DNA of 64,000 nt from Amoebophrya sp. A120. Its lineage: Eukaryota > Protista > Dinoflagellata. Under the pieces are notes generated by a model. That model was given only the letters and a program-made list of their open reading frames with translations, did no database searches and had not been told where the DNA came from. Location of the stretch: NCBI GenBank assembly GCA_905178155.1, contig CAJINV010000012.1:615271-679270 (forward strand), written 5' to 3'. Positions 26,501 through 38,400 of the stretch are shown here, one piece after another (within the stretch, counting starts at the first letter, position 1; each line of letters starts with the position of its first letter). Both the position numbers and the translations under genes were made by a program.

Positions 26501-29500
26501 GGTCTACTACTTCGTAACACTGCTCATCTCCACGACCTTGTTCTTCATCGTCCAGGTGACCCTCCTTTTGCGGATTGAGAGCAGGAGCATTTGGTTTTGG
26601 GCCATCAACATCACGATTTGATGCCGAGCGTGATACACCCGAGGAAAGAACTATGAAAGCCTCAGGTTGGAAATCCTCAAAGTGAAAATAATTTGTAATG
26701 CAAAAAAACGACTCCAGTTGGAGCACCATTTATAGTCGGCGCATGACAAATTTCCCGAGCACTCAAAACGTGTCTGTCATGCTAGTCAGGCAAAGCGGTG
26801 CCCTCCTCTCATGCTAATTAAGAGACCAATTCTGAACCCGTAGAAGCACAATAGTCGGCCTCCATTGCGTTCTCTGCAATACAGTCTTTTTGGTGTCGCA
26901 TTTCATGCATCACAAATTGTTTCCACTTTGAGGATTTCCATTCTGAGGATGTCATAAGAACTCCTGTAATCGGAATCGAAGTATTCCGGCGACCAATCTC
27001 CAGAACCTTATGGCATTCTCAAACGTTACATTCTCAACTGTTACATGAATTTGTAATGCAAGACTAGCACAGGTGAGAGGGAGAACCTTGCGCGTCTTGC
27101 ATTACAGGTTTGGTGCGCATTACAGTGCTATTTAGCCCTCCGGGAATTTTTCATGCGAAGCAGCTTGATCGTCTGGCGGGTCATGGTCATTTTGCATGAC
27201 AAATCATGTAACAGTTGAGAATGTAACGTTTGAGAACCCCATAAACCTCGACTTCCGAGTCGGATTGCTCCTGAGAAGAGGCGGAAGACGAAGAGGATGT
27301 TCTGCTTTGATGCAGCTCCAGCATATCAGCCCCCGACCTGCCCGGCGATCGTTTTTTGAAGGAGTCTTGCTCTTGGGAGATCAAAGCAGATTTCTTCTTC
27401 ATCTCAGAGGTTCTTTCACGCCCAGCGGAGAGCCAGCTTTCGTTTCCATCGCCCGCTTGCTGTGGTGCGTCAGCGTCGGTGTAAAAATCTTCCATAACTA
27501 CAGTTGTAACTTGATGTCCCTCCTCCAAAGCGGCGGCTTGCGCAGGTTCCCAGTTCTGAAGTGCTGAGCCACTCGTGCTGGTGTCACATGATGCATCACG
27601 GTCTTGTTGCGGATTGTTACTTGTTTGCTTCTGTTCTACGTTTTCATCTTCAACTTGATCTTCCTCTTTCCACGATTCTCTTCGATTTGTTTCTGTTTCA
27701 TTCTCGTCCAAATGTTCATCCCTTTCCCGCCTCACCTTCTCCTGTTCGTCCAGCCACTTTTGCCGCTCTACCTCCGGGTCTTTCAAACGTAGGTAGTAAA
27801 CCCCAGCGCCATGGTTCACCACGTCAAAAACCTCATTGAAACCCGCACGGCGCCCCGTCTGCGGGTAGTCGAGAAGGGAAGGGTTCGCTTTATTTTCCCA
27901 CGGATTCTTGTTGTAGCCATCATCTGCTTGTTGGCGAGCGGCACCAGGCTCTGCATCTTCCTCTTCAGTGGCGCAGTTTATTTTCCCCCCGTCGGACGAA
28001 GATGAATTCGAATTGTAGTACAGCTGTAACCGACGATCCGCGGCCTTGGCCTCTTCTGAAATCTTTGCGCTACCGTCGTCGTTCTTGTCTCCAGCAGAAC
28101 TGCTCCACTTATTGTCCCACCGTGGCAGATTCTTGTACAATTTGGACCGCACACAGAGCGTCTCATACTCGCCGCCCTCTCCGCACACATGGAACCCAAA
28201 CTGCTCGTTTAACTTCTCAAACACGCCGGGAGGTGGGGGAGTGGCTAGAGTTCTTGCGTTTTGATGTTCTACTTCTGCGTGAGAAATTTCATTGGACTTG
28301 TAGTAGTAGTACGGCGAGGAATTATAGAAGTCTTCATCATAAGCTTCATCACGTAGTTCACCACCAGCAGACCGCCCACAAAGTTTGCCGTTCGAGCTCA
28401 AGTCCCGCAACTCCTTCCCGAGATGTTCCTTTCCCAAACCCATGGAGCACACTTTCACGACGATGGCCTCAAAATCTTGGTCGCAGTTTGTGTATCCAGT
28501 GAAAATATGGCTGGGTCTGGAAACTTGTGATGCAAGAAAGGAAATGTTAGTGAGCACACTGTAATGCGCTGCCAAGCATGACAAGTTTTTCCGCGGTTCT
28601 GAGCTGCGTACTACGCATGACAGGCAAGAGGAGCTCTTTGCAGCTTTGACGCAACACAGAGTTCAGAGTCATGCCAGACTAGCATGACAAATGTCGCAAT
28701 TCCCAGACCCAGACGTATTTGCAGTGCATATCATGCTGTTCAGCACGATCTCCTGGGGGATTTTCCACAAGTAGCTATACGACGTCAACCCGAGCCGCTG
28801 GCACACGTTCTCCACGCGCAGTCTCTGGTAGTCGGAAAAAATCGCACCGCAGCACACCCCGTGGAGCTTGTTTTCTTCCGTGGAAAAGCGGGCGATAGCG
28901 GCTTGGAGAAGGCGGTAGAGGTCCTCGGTCTCGTCGTGGTTATCGTCTTCATCAACATCGGAGTTATTTGAGTTTTCATCTTTCTTATCTAGTGTTTCAG
29001 ACTCAGAGCAGTCGCCCTCGTTATTGTCGTAAAACAAATCCGTGGCGAGCGCTCTGCCCTGGATGGGGCGCTGAAGGATCGGCAGCCCCATGGCCTCCGC
29101 AATCTTTGGGACCAGATTGGTGCAGACCGTTTGGTTATGCTGTGCAAAAGTATCGCACTCGTAGTAATTGCAGTCATGCATTACAAATTTCTTTGTCAAG
29201 GTAAATCCGCATTACAAATGTTATTTCTCACGCAGAGGAAATTTGTAATGCATTTATACGAGTACGATGCTTTTGCATTGCATATTGGTACATCCACGAG
29301 TCCAACTCGTCCGTCCCCGGCATGGCAGACCGGAGGGCGTCGTATTTGTCATGAGTGGCGCCGCCCTGTGCACCAGAAGCGGGACTGTACAAATTGCAAA
29401 TCCCCACGATTTATGGATTGCAAATATGTCTGGGTCTGGAAACTTGTAACGCTAAAAGTGAATGAGATTTCCACTTCAATACGGAGCCAAGCATGACAAA

Positions 29501-32202
29501 TTTTTGGGCTCCTATGTGTTGCGTGTTCCGCCTGGCAAACTGCGTTTCTGCATGACAGGTAAGAGGACAGTTTCGTGCCCATGCATCACAGATTCTTGAG
29601 CCATGTCAGACATGCATGACAAAAGTAGTAATCTTCCAGACCCAGACATTTTTACTTTTGATACGATTTCGAAGTCGTTTTCCCGAATTTCCTGCAAAAT
29701 TTGCATGTTGAACAAAGAATCCTTGCCCCCGGAAACCAGGCCGACAACCCGTTTCTTCGCCGGAGTTGCAGTTGGGTAGTTCTTCTGTTGAAAAAAATTC
29801 ATTTTCGATGGCTGTTGTGAAGTCGTGGAGGTGTTGCCGTTGTTGTATCCCGTAGGACAAGAAGAGGGCCAGTAGTTGTTGTGGAAAACTTGCTGCTTTG
29901 TATTATTGCCGGACGAGGAAAAGGCCGAGTAGTTTGGCTTTTGGTTTTTGTTTTGTGGAGAACCCCCTCCTGCTGTCCCTGTGCCGCGACGAGGGCTTGA
30001 TACTCCGGGAAACAGCCCCGAAGGTGTAGTGCTGCTGTTCTCGTATAATCTCGGAGTCGGACCACTAACTCCTGTCGCATAATCATCCTTGCTGTTCCGA
30101 TTGTAAAAATTGGTGCCGAGGACATGATCATTTTGATCTTGACAGAAATTATCGTACTTGTTCTTTCGGGGACTAATCATTACCGGTGGCAAGTTGATAT
30201 CTTCGTAGTGATATGGGCTTTTGTTCTCACGACCTTGTCGTTCTTCTTCGTGGTCTTCTGCTGCCGGCTTCATTCCAGTTCTACTGTCTTGAGCTTCTTG
30301 CGGCCCGCGTGGTGAAGAGGACACACACTGCTGCGAGGAAATTGTGTCCTCACGACCATGATTTATTTTCCAGTTAGAATACGCATCTTCCTCATCCACG
30401 GAGAAGTTCTTGTCGTGATGACTGAATCCCCATTTTTCATACACGTCGTCCTGCGGCGCTGGAGGACTCTTCTTGCCGATGTTGCCAGCACAGTCGGATT
30501 TTGATGTGTTGCGGTGGCCGGAAGTAGCACTTTCGTTGCCCTGGGCAACAGATGGACCACTACATTGCTCCACCGTAGTACTACTAGCATCAGTTGTCTT
30601 AGTCTTGCCACCGGACGAGCAGGATCCGACCCTCCCGCTGTGCTGCCTTACTAGACCAGACCGCGGCGTTGCCGGGGGAATTTCTCGAACAACGTCATTT
30701 GAATTTCTACTAGTAGAAGTTGTAGCAGCTTCACCTCCTCTCATCTTCACGAGATCAATCCCAGCTGCACTAGCGGCCTTCGGGACGACGACCGGCGGGG
30801 GAGCGGAAGGGGATGGTGGTGATGTAGTAGCATTTTGATTTAGTTTGCAGCCTTGAATGTAATCGTAATCGTCGTCTCCATCCTTGCCACTTCTCCCTAA
30901 CCCTAACGTGCTGTCCGGATTAGCTACACAACTTCTACGGAACGGGGAAGAAGGTGCTGGTCGTCGCGTGCTTGGATCATAGACAAAATTGGCAGGGTAT
31001 GGAATGTAAAACTGTCTGGGTCTGGAAGAATGCGCGATTTGTCATGCGGCTTTTCCATGACCCATGAGGTCTGGAATGCAGGACCTAGCATGACAGATTC
31101 TGTGCGATCTTTCTCATGCCTATCCTGCATGAGAAACTGCCTCCCGACTTGGTCAAAACTGGGCGACTTTTGGTAATCACGCAACACAGATTTTTGCATG
31201 CTGCAGATTTAGCATGACAAGTTGCATTCTTCCAGACCCAGACATTTTTACATTTGATACAGGCGGCCCCACACGACCGCAGCTCTCGTCATCGCCAGTA
31301 GCGCCACAATCATGATCTTCATCTTCATCTGCTTCATAATTTTCACTACCAGTAGTTGCAGATATACTGCTGCTCCTCTTTTCCCTCCGCGAAGGCGGTG
31401 GTCCAGCAGCGCGTGGCGCTGATGGCGTGCGGTTTTTCACGTCTACTGCTTCAGCAGAACGACCATCGGATGCGCCGGTACTAGCTGCTGCACCAGCTGT
31501 TCCCCTGGAAATTGTACGACCGGCATTTTTCGCGACTCCGGCTTGGGCTTCCTCATTCGACGCAGCTTGTTGCTTGGTCCCACTTGAACTTGATGAGGGC
31601 CAGGCATTGGTTTTGTTCCCGCTGGTGCGCATTTTTTTTACCAGTGAAAGACCCCCAGATGTTGAAGTCGACTTTCGCTGCGCCGGTACGGATTTCGGGC
31701 GTGGGCTTTTCGCGTGAGAAAGCAACAACCCAAAGTTGGCAATCCGCCGGGCCTCGCTACCCTGCTTGGCGTAAGATTTGTTCTGCTCGAGGAAAAAGAG
31801 CCGGTTTTTCTTGGAAAGATGATAATCTCGGCTGCACGACTGGTCGTTATCTTTACCAGAAGAGGGGTGCACCTGTTGGGAAAACGCACGACCGCGGGTA
31901 GTTAATGTAATATTGCCAGAGCTCATGTTGCTGTTGTGGCTGTCCTGCAGCTGTTGTTCTTCTTGCGGCTCTGCTCCCCCCGCCGTTGTGCTAGAGCTAC
32001 CGGAGGAACAAGCGCCGGCCGTTGCTTTTGCCTCGCGGCCCACAAATAATTCCATACTGTCCTCCGTCTCTTGGCTGGGGTCTTGCACTTCTACAGGTCG
32101 CCGCTCCACCTGTGGAGATTGCTCCACTTTACTTCCAAGACCCGCTGCTGCACACTGTAGCGCTTCTTGCGGGTCGTGACCTTCTTGCTCTTGCGTCAAC
32201 AT
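14559..32202 (-). CDS. DPH6: diphthine--ammonia ligase (DPH6) with C-terminal RidA/YjgF-like domains, hugely expanded (about 4700 codons)
   Basis: PP-loop VVGLVSGGKDS, DSWMYQTV, GAIFSDYQRLRVENVCQRLGL and CGEGGEYETL, then Rid-like DFALVNKLY, PPARVCVE, HVQSISSWAMACIGPYGQA and LPKNAAIEV. Span 17644 minus 15 introners and TSDs is 14100 nt, divisible by 3. The start codon is less certain. Confidence 0.85.
17060..17321. mobile_element. introner family A, interior A1
   Basis: TIRs; TSD gttct/gttct; near-identical inverted copies at 30998 and 60530. Confidence 0.93.
19270..19548. mobile_element. introner family F
   Basis: TIRs; TSD acttg/acttg. Confidence 0.92.
19610..19762. mobile_element. introner family B
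   Basis: TIRs; TSD attga/attga. Confidence 0.92.
20544..20822. mobile_element. introner family F
   Basis: TIRs; TSD gtaca/gtaca. Confidence 0.9.
20873..21017. mobile_element. introner family B (opposite orientation)
   Basis: TIRs; TSD aagga/aagga. Confidence 0.92.
21133..21399. mobile_element. introner family A, diverged
   Basis: TIRs; TSD degenerate tttcg/tctcc. Confidence 0.82.
21461..21610. mobile_element. introner family B (opposite orientation)
   Basis: TIRs; TSD gcttt/gcttt. Confidence 0.92.
24248..24472. mobile_element. introner family D
   Basis: TIRs; TSD caatg/caatg. Confidence 0.92.
25202..25469. mobile_element. introner family A (A1-related)
   Basis: TIRs; TSD cagga/cagga. 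Confidence 0.92.
26652..26956. mobile_element. introner family H (TATGAxAxCCTCAGxxTGGAAATCCTCAAAGTG)
   Basis: TIRs; TSD agaac/agaac. Confidence 0.9.
27009..27243. mobile_element. introner family G
   Basis: Long TIRs; TSD aacct/aacct. Confidence 0.92.
28493..28730. mobile_element. introner family A, diverged
   Basis: TIRs; TSD ttgtg/tcatg; removal gives IVLNSMNCDQDFEAIVVKV. Confidence 0.85.
29136..29284. mobile_element. introner family B
   Basis: TIRs; TSD ttggt/ttggt; splits the conserved DSWMYQTV motif. Confidence 0.93.
29412..29663. mobile_element. introner family A (A3-related)
   Basis: TIRs; TSD cgatt/cgatt. Confidence 0.92.
30998..31259. mobile_element. introner family A, interior A1
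   Basis: TIRs; TSD caggg/caggc. Confidence 0.92.
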
Positions 32203-33850
32203 CTTGGGTACTTACTAGCACTTCTCCGGTGGAGAGACTAAACAGCAAGATGAACCTGCTGCACCGCCGAACTTCTACCTGCTTCAGACTAATCTAAAAA
32301 TGAGAGGGACGTCGAGTCGTGGTAGTTAATAAACAAGTAAGGGGTCAGTGTCAGAAGTAGAAGTTGGTGCTGGACCATCGAAGAACGAGGAAGGGTAAGA
32401 ATCCTCCGGCTCATCTTTTGTTTGTGATGTTGAAGAAAGGAAGTAGATTATATTTTCCAAAGGAGTATGACAGTAGATATGCTCGAGAATTGTGTGGCAG
32501 TTCTTGTACTCCTTAGAATACGTAGAGGGTATTAGCTGCTGTACTACAAAAGGAAACCATAGAGACCATAGCGACCAAACAGACCATAGTGCCCGTCTGT
32601 ACCTCACACTTCTTTTTCTTACACGACACTATCGTAAAGAAAAGCGCCTTCTCAGGCGGAAAACATAAACGGGTGAAACGAGCAGGTCGTAAGAGAGGAC
32701 TGTGTGAAGCAGTGCTTAATATTACCACCTTGGAGCATGACGCTCGTGCTTTGTGTGTTTTGGGACGGCAGGGTAAAAACAAGCTGTAAAAAACTAGCTC
32801 GCTGCTTCTTAGGTTGACGTTGATCTGAATAGAGAATAAAACAAATAGCCAAAAAGCGAATTATACTAACCGTACGTAAGTAGAGAGGCTTTTTGATGAC
32901 CTATCAGACCATAGTGATACTAGTCCAAAGACAGCCGGAGTCGCCTCCTCGACCTGGAGAGAGTAAGTAGGCAGGTGAAGATCTTCATAATGGAATCAAT
33001 GAAGCGTTTGACCATTTTTGCGGCATTTAGAGCATACGGATAATAATTGGAAGAAGTTGTTGAACCGGTCTAATTGTATTCTAGCTCCTCCATGCCATTG
33101 AAGACACGACTTGGGATCTTCGACATTGGAACAAATCTGAGTGTTTGTATACTACTCAGAAAAGTCGTTTGAAGGTTGATCCGCTTTGTTCCTCTTCGTG
33201 TGTCACTGTGGTCTCGATCATTTTCATTTATGTAATTTCCCTGCTGATAAACATACTCACATCCTGGATCTACTAGTACTACACCCTCCAAGCAAAAGCT
33301 CTTCGTTCTTCTTGCTTCGCAAGAATCTTTGTTCCTGTTCAATAACACAACAGTACAAAAATACAGTATTTTACGATCGCCAAGTGCAGTTTTCTGGGGA
33401 TCTTCGCGTGCAGCTCCGTAGAAGACCAGGGTCAAGGAGGCGGAACAGAAAGCCACTTCTATACTGGGCGCACGAAAGAGCGAGAACTTCTCCAACTACC
33501 GGAGAAATAGAGGCTGATCCGTCATCTACACAACAAAGAAAGAAGAGAAAACAGCTTTCAAGTGCGTTGCATGGAGGGCCAAAGCTAGATGCGTGGCAGT
33601 GTTAACTTCAATCCCTGTCAACCTGTCAGAATTTCACACAAAGACGAAGCTTTTCGTGTGGGGAGTTTTCGGAGAGTGCCAGTGCGAAAATTGTACAGCA
33701 CGCTAGTACAAGTCGTTCGTCGTTGTTGTAAAAATTCAAAAGAACTACGTAGATCACGAGCACAGTGGAACAAGGCGAGATGTATGAAAATGCTCAGAGC
33801 CTAAAGATCTTGGGTTTTTGTCGATCTTCAATCACGTCGAGTCAGGTACT

Positions 33851-34045
33851 AGGCGTAAACTGGTCAAACGTGAAAGCAGCGAAAAAACTAGTGAAATTCC
33901 CAGGAAGGTGCGTGCTTTACACGTACAAATCAACGGACTCAGGTCGTAAACGGCTCGAACGCGAAAACAGCGAAAAACTAGTGAAATTCCCATGAAAATG
34001 CGTGCTTCACACGTACAAATCGACAGACTCAGGTCGTAAACGGCT
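33851..34045. repeat. intergenic tandem repeat, about 90-bp unit, just over 2 copies
   Basis: AGGTCGTAAACGGCT...GAAAAACTAGTGAAATTCCC...CACGTACAAATC..GACTC repeated at 33851, 33941 and (partially) 34031. Confidence 0.85.
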
Positions 34046-35496
34046 ATCAAACAAACAGGAACAAAGCCACGTGGTCATCTACTTTAGAACTCAAAGCTAT
34101 TTGAAACAAAGCGCTGCATCATTCTCGCACATCTTCGAGTCCCCTCGTGGTCATGCTAATAGAGCATGATCATTAAGTATGTAAGATCAACAACCTCCAC
34201 GAGTATGGAGAACCAGTAGAGCGGGGATGTCACCCTTCTCGTTTTAGATGTATGATCAACACGGGCAGCACATTGTAGTTCCGGCCTTGTAAGGAAGAAG
34301 ATTTTATTCGATGACTTGCGTTCATACTGACCGATGAAACAACTGTACAGAAAGTCGCCGATGAAGAAGTGGGTCGACTCGTCCGTCGGCTACAGGAAAT
34401 TAATACATCACGACAAGGCAGCGCCCAGTTTTTTTATCCTGTGCCTGTGGCGGAAGATCCGAAGGGGTTTGTTCCTTTATCTGAATTAAAACAAAAACGC
34501 CACTCTTTCTTCGAACTGAGAACAAAAACCGCAAAAAGTCCATATAGTATTGTTCTTTCTGGATTTTATAATTCCTGTTGCTGCTACTTCCTTTCGCACA
34601 CTGTCCTCTTCTTCGTAATCATACAGGCCTCAGCTTCTTGGTGCGCTGCCACCTTGAGTTTCAGTTTCTTGTGCAGAACATATCATCTGCTGAGTTCTTT
34701 GTGAGGTGATGGCGAAGCTGGTTGTACATGAGATTTTCTGTAGTTTCTCACGTCACAGTGCAACTAGACGAGAATCACAGCAGCAGTTCTTTTCCCCTCA
34801 ACAACATGAAAATTGGTCTACAAATGCGAACATTTGCGAAAATTGAAAAAACGCTGCTTTGCGGAAATCATTTGTTGAACATTCTACACAAGAAAGTTCT
34901 ACGCCTGTGATAGCATTATTTTACACGAGTCTGGATTTATACGCTATTTAGATCATGATAGCGGTGTAGCTCCTCTTTCTAGAAGTTGTTGTAGACGCCG
35001 TTTATTAGTATAGCTAATTGCTTATGCTCAGAAGCACAGCAAACAAGTCATGGGCCGAAATCCTGAAAAAAATGAAGTAGAGCTAGTAATTGCACTAGCA
35101 CTATATGTAGTAAATTGTCCGCACTAAAAACAACTTTCGTCCGCGACTTTCTTTCATCTTTTTGTAGCTTCCATACCTGACCAAAACGAAGTCCGGCGCT
35201 TCGGATATTAATGCGACCGCCCACACAAAATCAAAAAAACGTATATATAGAGGATTCAAATTATACAGCTTGCTGCAAACTTATGCTGTGCTTGCTCAAA
35301 AAGAGGCGGATTCTTCCGCAGTTTCAAAGAAAGGGCTCGTCTTTTTTGTCACACAAAGCTGTACGAGGGCGGCTCTTTCGTCGCCTTCTAAAGTAAGCAG
35401 GGCGGAGGCTTTATATAAATCTTCTCGGTGGCAGAGCATCTTTACCGAACGCGTGCTGCTGGGCCCTCGTAATGCTTCCTTCACTTAGTACGGCCT

Positions 35497-38400
35497 TCAA
35501 GCCTCACGCCGCGCGCGGTTGCCACGCGGGGAGCGAGATCGCGAGCCAGATCGCGAGCGAGATGGCGAGCGAGATGGCGAGCGAAATCCCGAGCGCCGAG
35601 ATCCCGAGCGCCGAGACCCCGAGCGCCGAGACCGCGAGCGCGATTGCCTTCTCTGTGGTGAGGAAGAAGAGGACGGCGCCGACTGGGGCCGCGTGGCTAG
35701 TGGCGTCTTAGACATAGAGGGATCGGGCGCGGGGCGTCTAGTATCTACTCCGGCGGAAGAACCCGGAGGCGATGCCCGCCGGTAAAACTGTCTGGAATCA
35801 TCCGAGTCGGGTTCTGGGCTTCGAATCTCGTCCCCGCCTCTGCTGGGAGAGAACGGCGGAGGCCGCTTCCTGTTGCTGGAGCCGAGACGTGCTTTGGGCT
35901 CGAACTTTCTTCCTTTCGCCGGTGCGCTCGGTGAGTCTGGACTACGCAACTCCCAACTTTCTTCTGAGCCTACGAGGGCATGCTGGGCCTGTGCATACTC
36001 CATGATGGCGTCTGCCAGAGGAGAAGTGAAGTATGCATATCAAATATGTCTGGGTCCCGATCTTTCTACTGGAAAAGAAGAAGCGCAAACCTGTGATGCA
36101 GCTTCCTATGGAAACAAGAATGCACAACGGGAACCTCGTCCAGCGTTGTATGAGTAGCAAAACAGAACCTCTCACTTTTGATGGTCATGATGAAAGAAGA
36201 TTCTCAGTGCGGCTGAGGAACAAAGCTTGCTATGCGACAATAAACATCTGAACTCAGCGTCAACATCAGGTCGGACGACCCAGACATATCTGTGTGTGAT
36301 ATGAAGTCCTCAAATTTGAGGAAGTCCTTCAGACTTCTTTCCACTAGGAGTGCGAGATCGTGCAAACAAGGCCCATGCTTCCCTCGGACTACGTCGTCTA
36401 CGTCCAGTTTTCTCCAATCCACGAATAGCGATAGCGTTGGCGTACCGTCACCATCTACGCGTTCGCGACGTTCGATCAAGCCTAACTCCCGTATTGCATC
36501 CCGGTGTCCACAACTATGAAACTTATGAACCGCCCCGTGGTGCCCAGTCCAATTCAAACAGGATGGCCCAAGCCCACCATTGAACCAATCCGGCGGGTTT
36601 GTGTGACTGTAAGACGTGGTGATCAGGTGCGGCAGGTGGCTCCGAAGTTCTTGGAAGTCGAGGTCTGGAGAGCGAACCTGGTTAGGGGCGCCGGTTCCGT
36701 TAACATGGGTAGTAAAACTGCGTTCGCTGACGAAAATGTTGGCGTAGGGCACCTGTTTTAAACATCCCCTCGATACAGCGAAGATTGAGTCGTGGCAGGG
36801 TTGATTCGGACCGAATTGTCTGTACTTGTTCAGCGGAATATGAGACCTCTCGGTTTCGGGGTCGTTCAGCATGTGAACCAGGCCTACCGGCTGTCGCCGG
36901 CCTCCGGGTTGATGGCGATCAAACGGTACACCGATGGTTGACTTTATGGCCCGAATCGCTTGCAGAAACGCAGTTTGAAAATCTGGTGGTAGCTGCCCCT
37001 TCGCACCGCTCGCACCGTGGAGGGCTTTGGCCTCCTGCGGTAGCTCCGTGGTGGAGCTCTGACAGAAAATGTCACCCTCATACGTGCCTGTTTTGTCGCG
37101 CAAGGTCCCAGGGTCATAAAATTGTCCCGGCGCCCAATTCCGTGCCCCCAGGCAGAGGCTGTGCACGCAGCAATTGTGATGGCATCGGCAGTACTCTACG
37201 TGCGTGCACGTCTTAGGAGTGGGAATTTGATCCATTACGTGATGAAGCCCATCCTTATCTTCATAGCACAGTAGGCAGTGGCGCTCAAGTGGCTGGAGCT
37301 GAGCAAGTAGGCGCCGGATGTTGGTTTCGTTCCAGTGCTGCAAAAACAGCGCCATAAAATCGCGAAAGAGGGGGCGCTCCCAAGATGTAAAATCGTCGTC
37401 CCTTATTTGCGCTACGTCACAAAGCACCGAACCCTGCCGGACCTTGGACATTGCGTCTTGCGTGCAGGCCCACTTGTGAGCGTACCATGCCCCCTGTCCA
37501 TGCCCAGGGCCGGACGCGGGGGAATTGGATTTCCATTTCCTCCACCCCTGCCCCTCATACTGGTTACTCAGCCATGGCATTTCCCGGAATTTCTCTGCGA
37601 CCGGTTCGCGTACGTGTTTACTTTTCCAGGGAGAAGACCACGGAGTCTCTACTCCTCCTTGGTCAGTCCCGCTACGAATCTTTTTATTTGCTGACGATTC
37701 CGATCCCCCAGCTGCGACGCCGTCGCAGAGGTTTGGTTGTATACCAGTACCACGGGAGGTGGCGTTACCTTCAAGGAGATGAGACGCGCACGCGGTGGTT
37801 GCGGTCGACTCGTTCCTGCGTTCGTGTTCCCGCACGCGTTGCCTCAGCAATTCCAGTGTGTCATTCACTACCCGCGACAACACGAAGTCGGCAACTTCGT
37901 CGGTAAGGGTCTTCTGATACCGCTTTTGCGCCTGGGAGTAGTGAGCCTGGCCCATCATGTTGAAAAAGTGCCCCGCTCCCGAAAGTTGGAAATGCTTCTG
38001 ATGCAAAGTTTCCATAAAACGCAAACTTTTTCTCTTGCTAGTCCGATCGCAACCCCACACGCTACCACCTACTGGAAGCCCACAGCCAAACCTGTCAACT
38101 TTTTGTCTTGCATGGAAGGACTGTATCAACGAGTCTTCCCGGGGATCCAGAGTCTAGTCGTGGCGCAAAGCAACCGTTACAACACGACAAGTTGTCCGGC
38201 TCTTGGTGGGACTTTTTTAAACACTATATACTTTGGTAATGGTTGTATTCTGAAAAAAGGGAAGTTTCCTGTGACGCTGATGCATGCAGCTATGGGGAAA
38301 ATATTTCCATCGAAAGAAATTGGAATTACTACTTCCGCGTTCTAGAGTAGAGGCGTTCTTCAACATGGTATGAGCCGTCTTTTCCACGTCCGTTTCTTGA

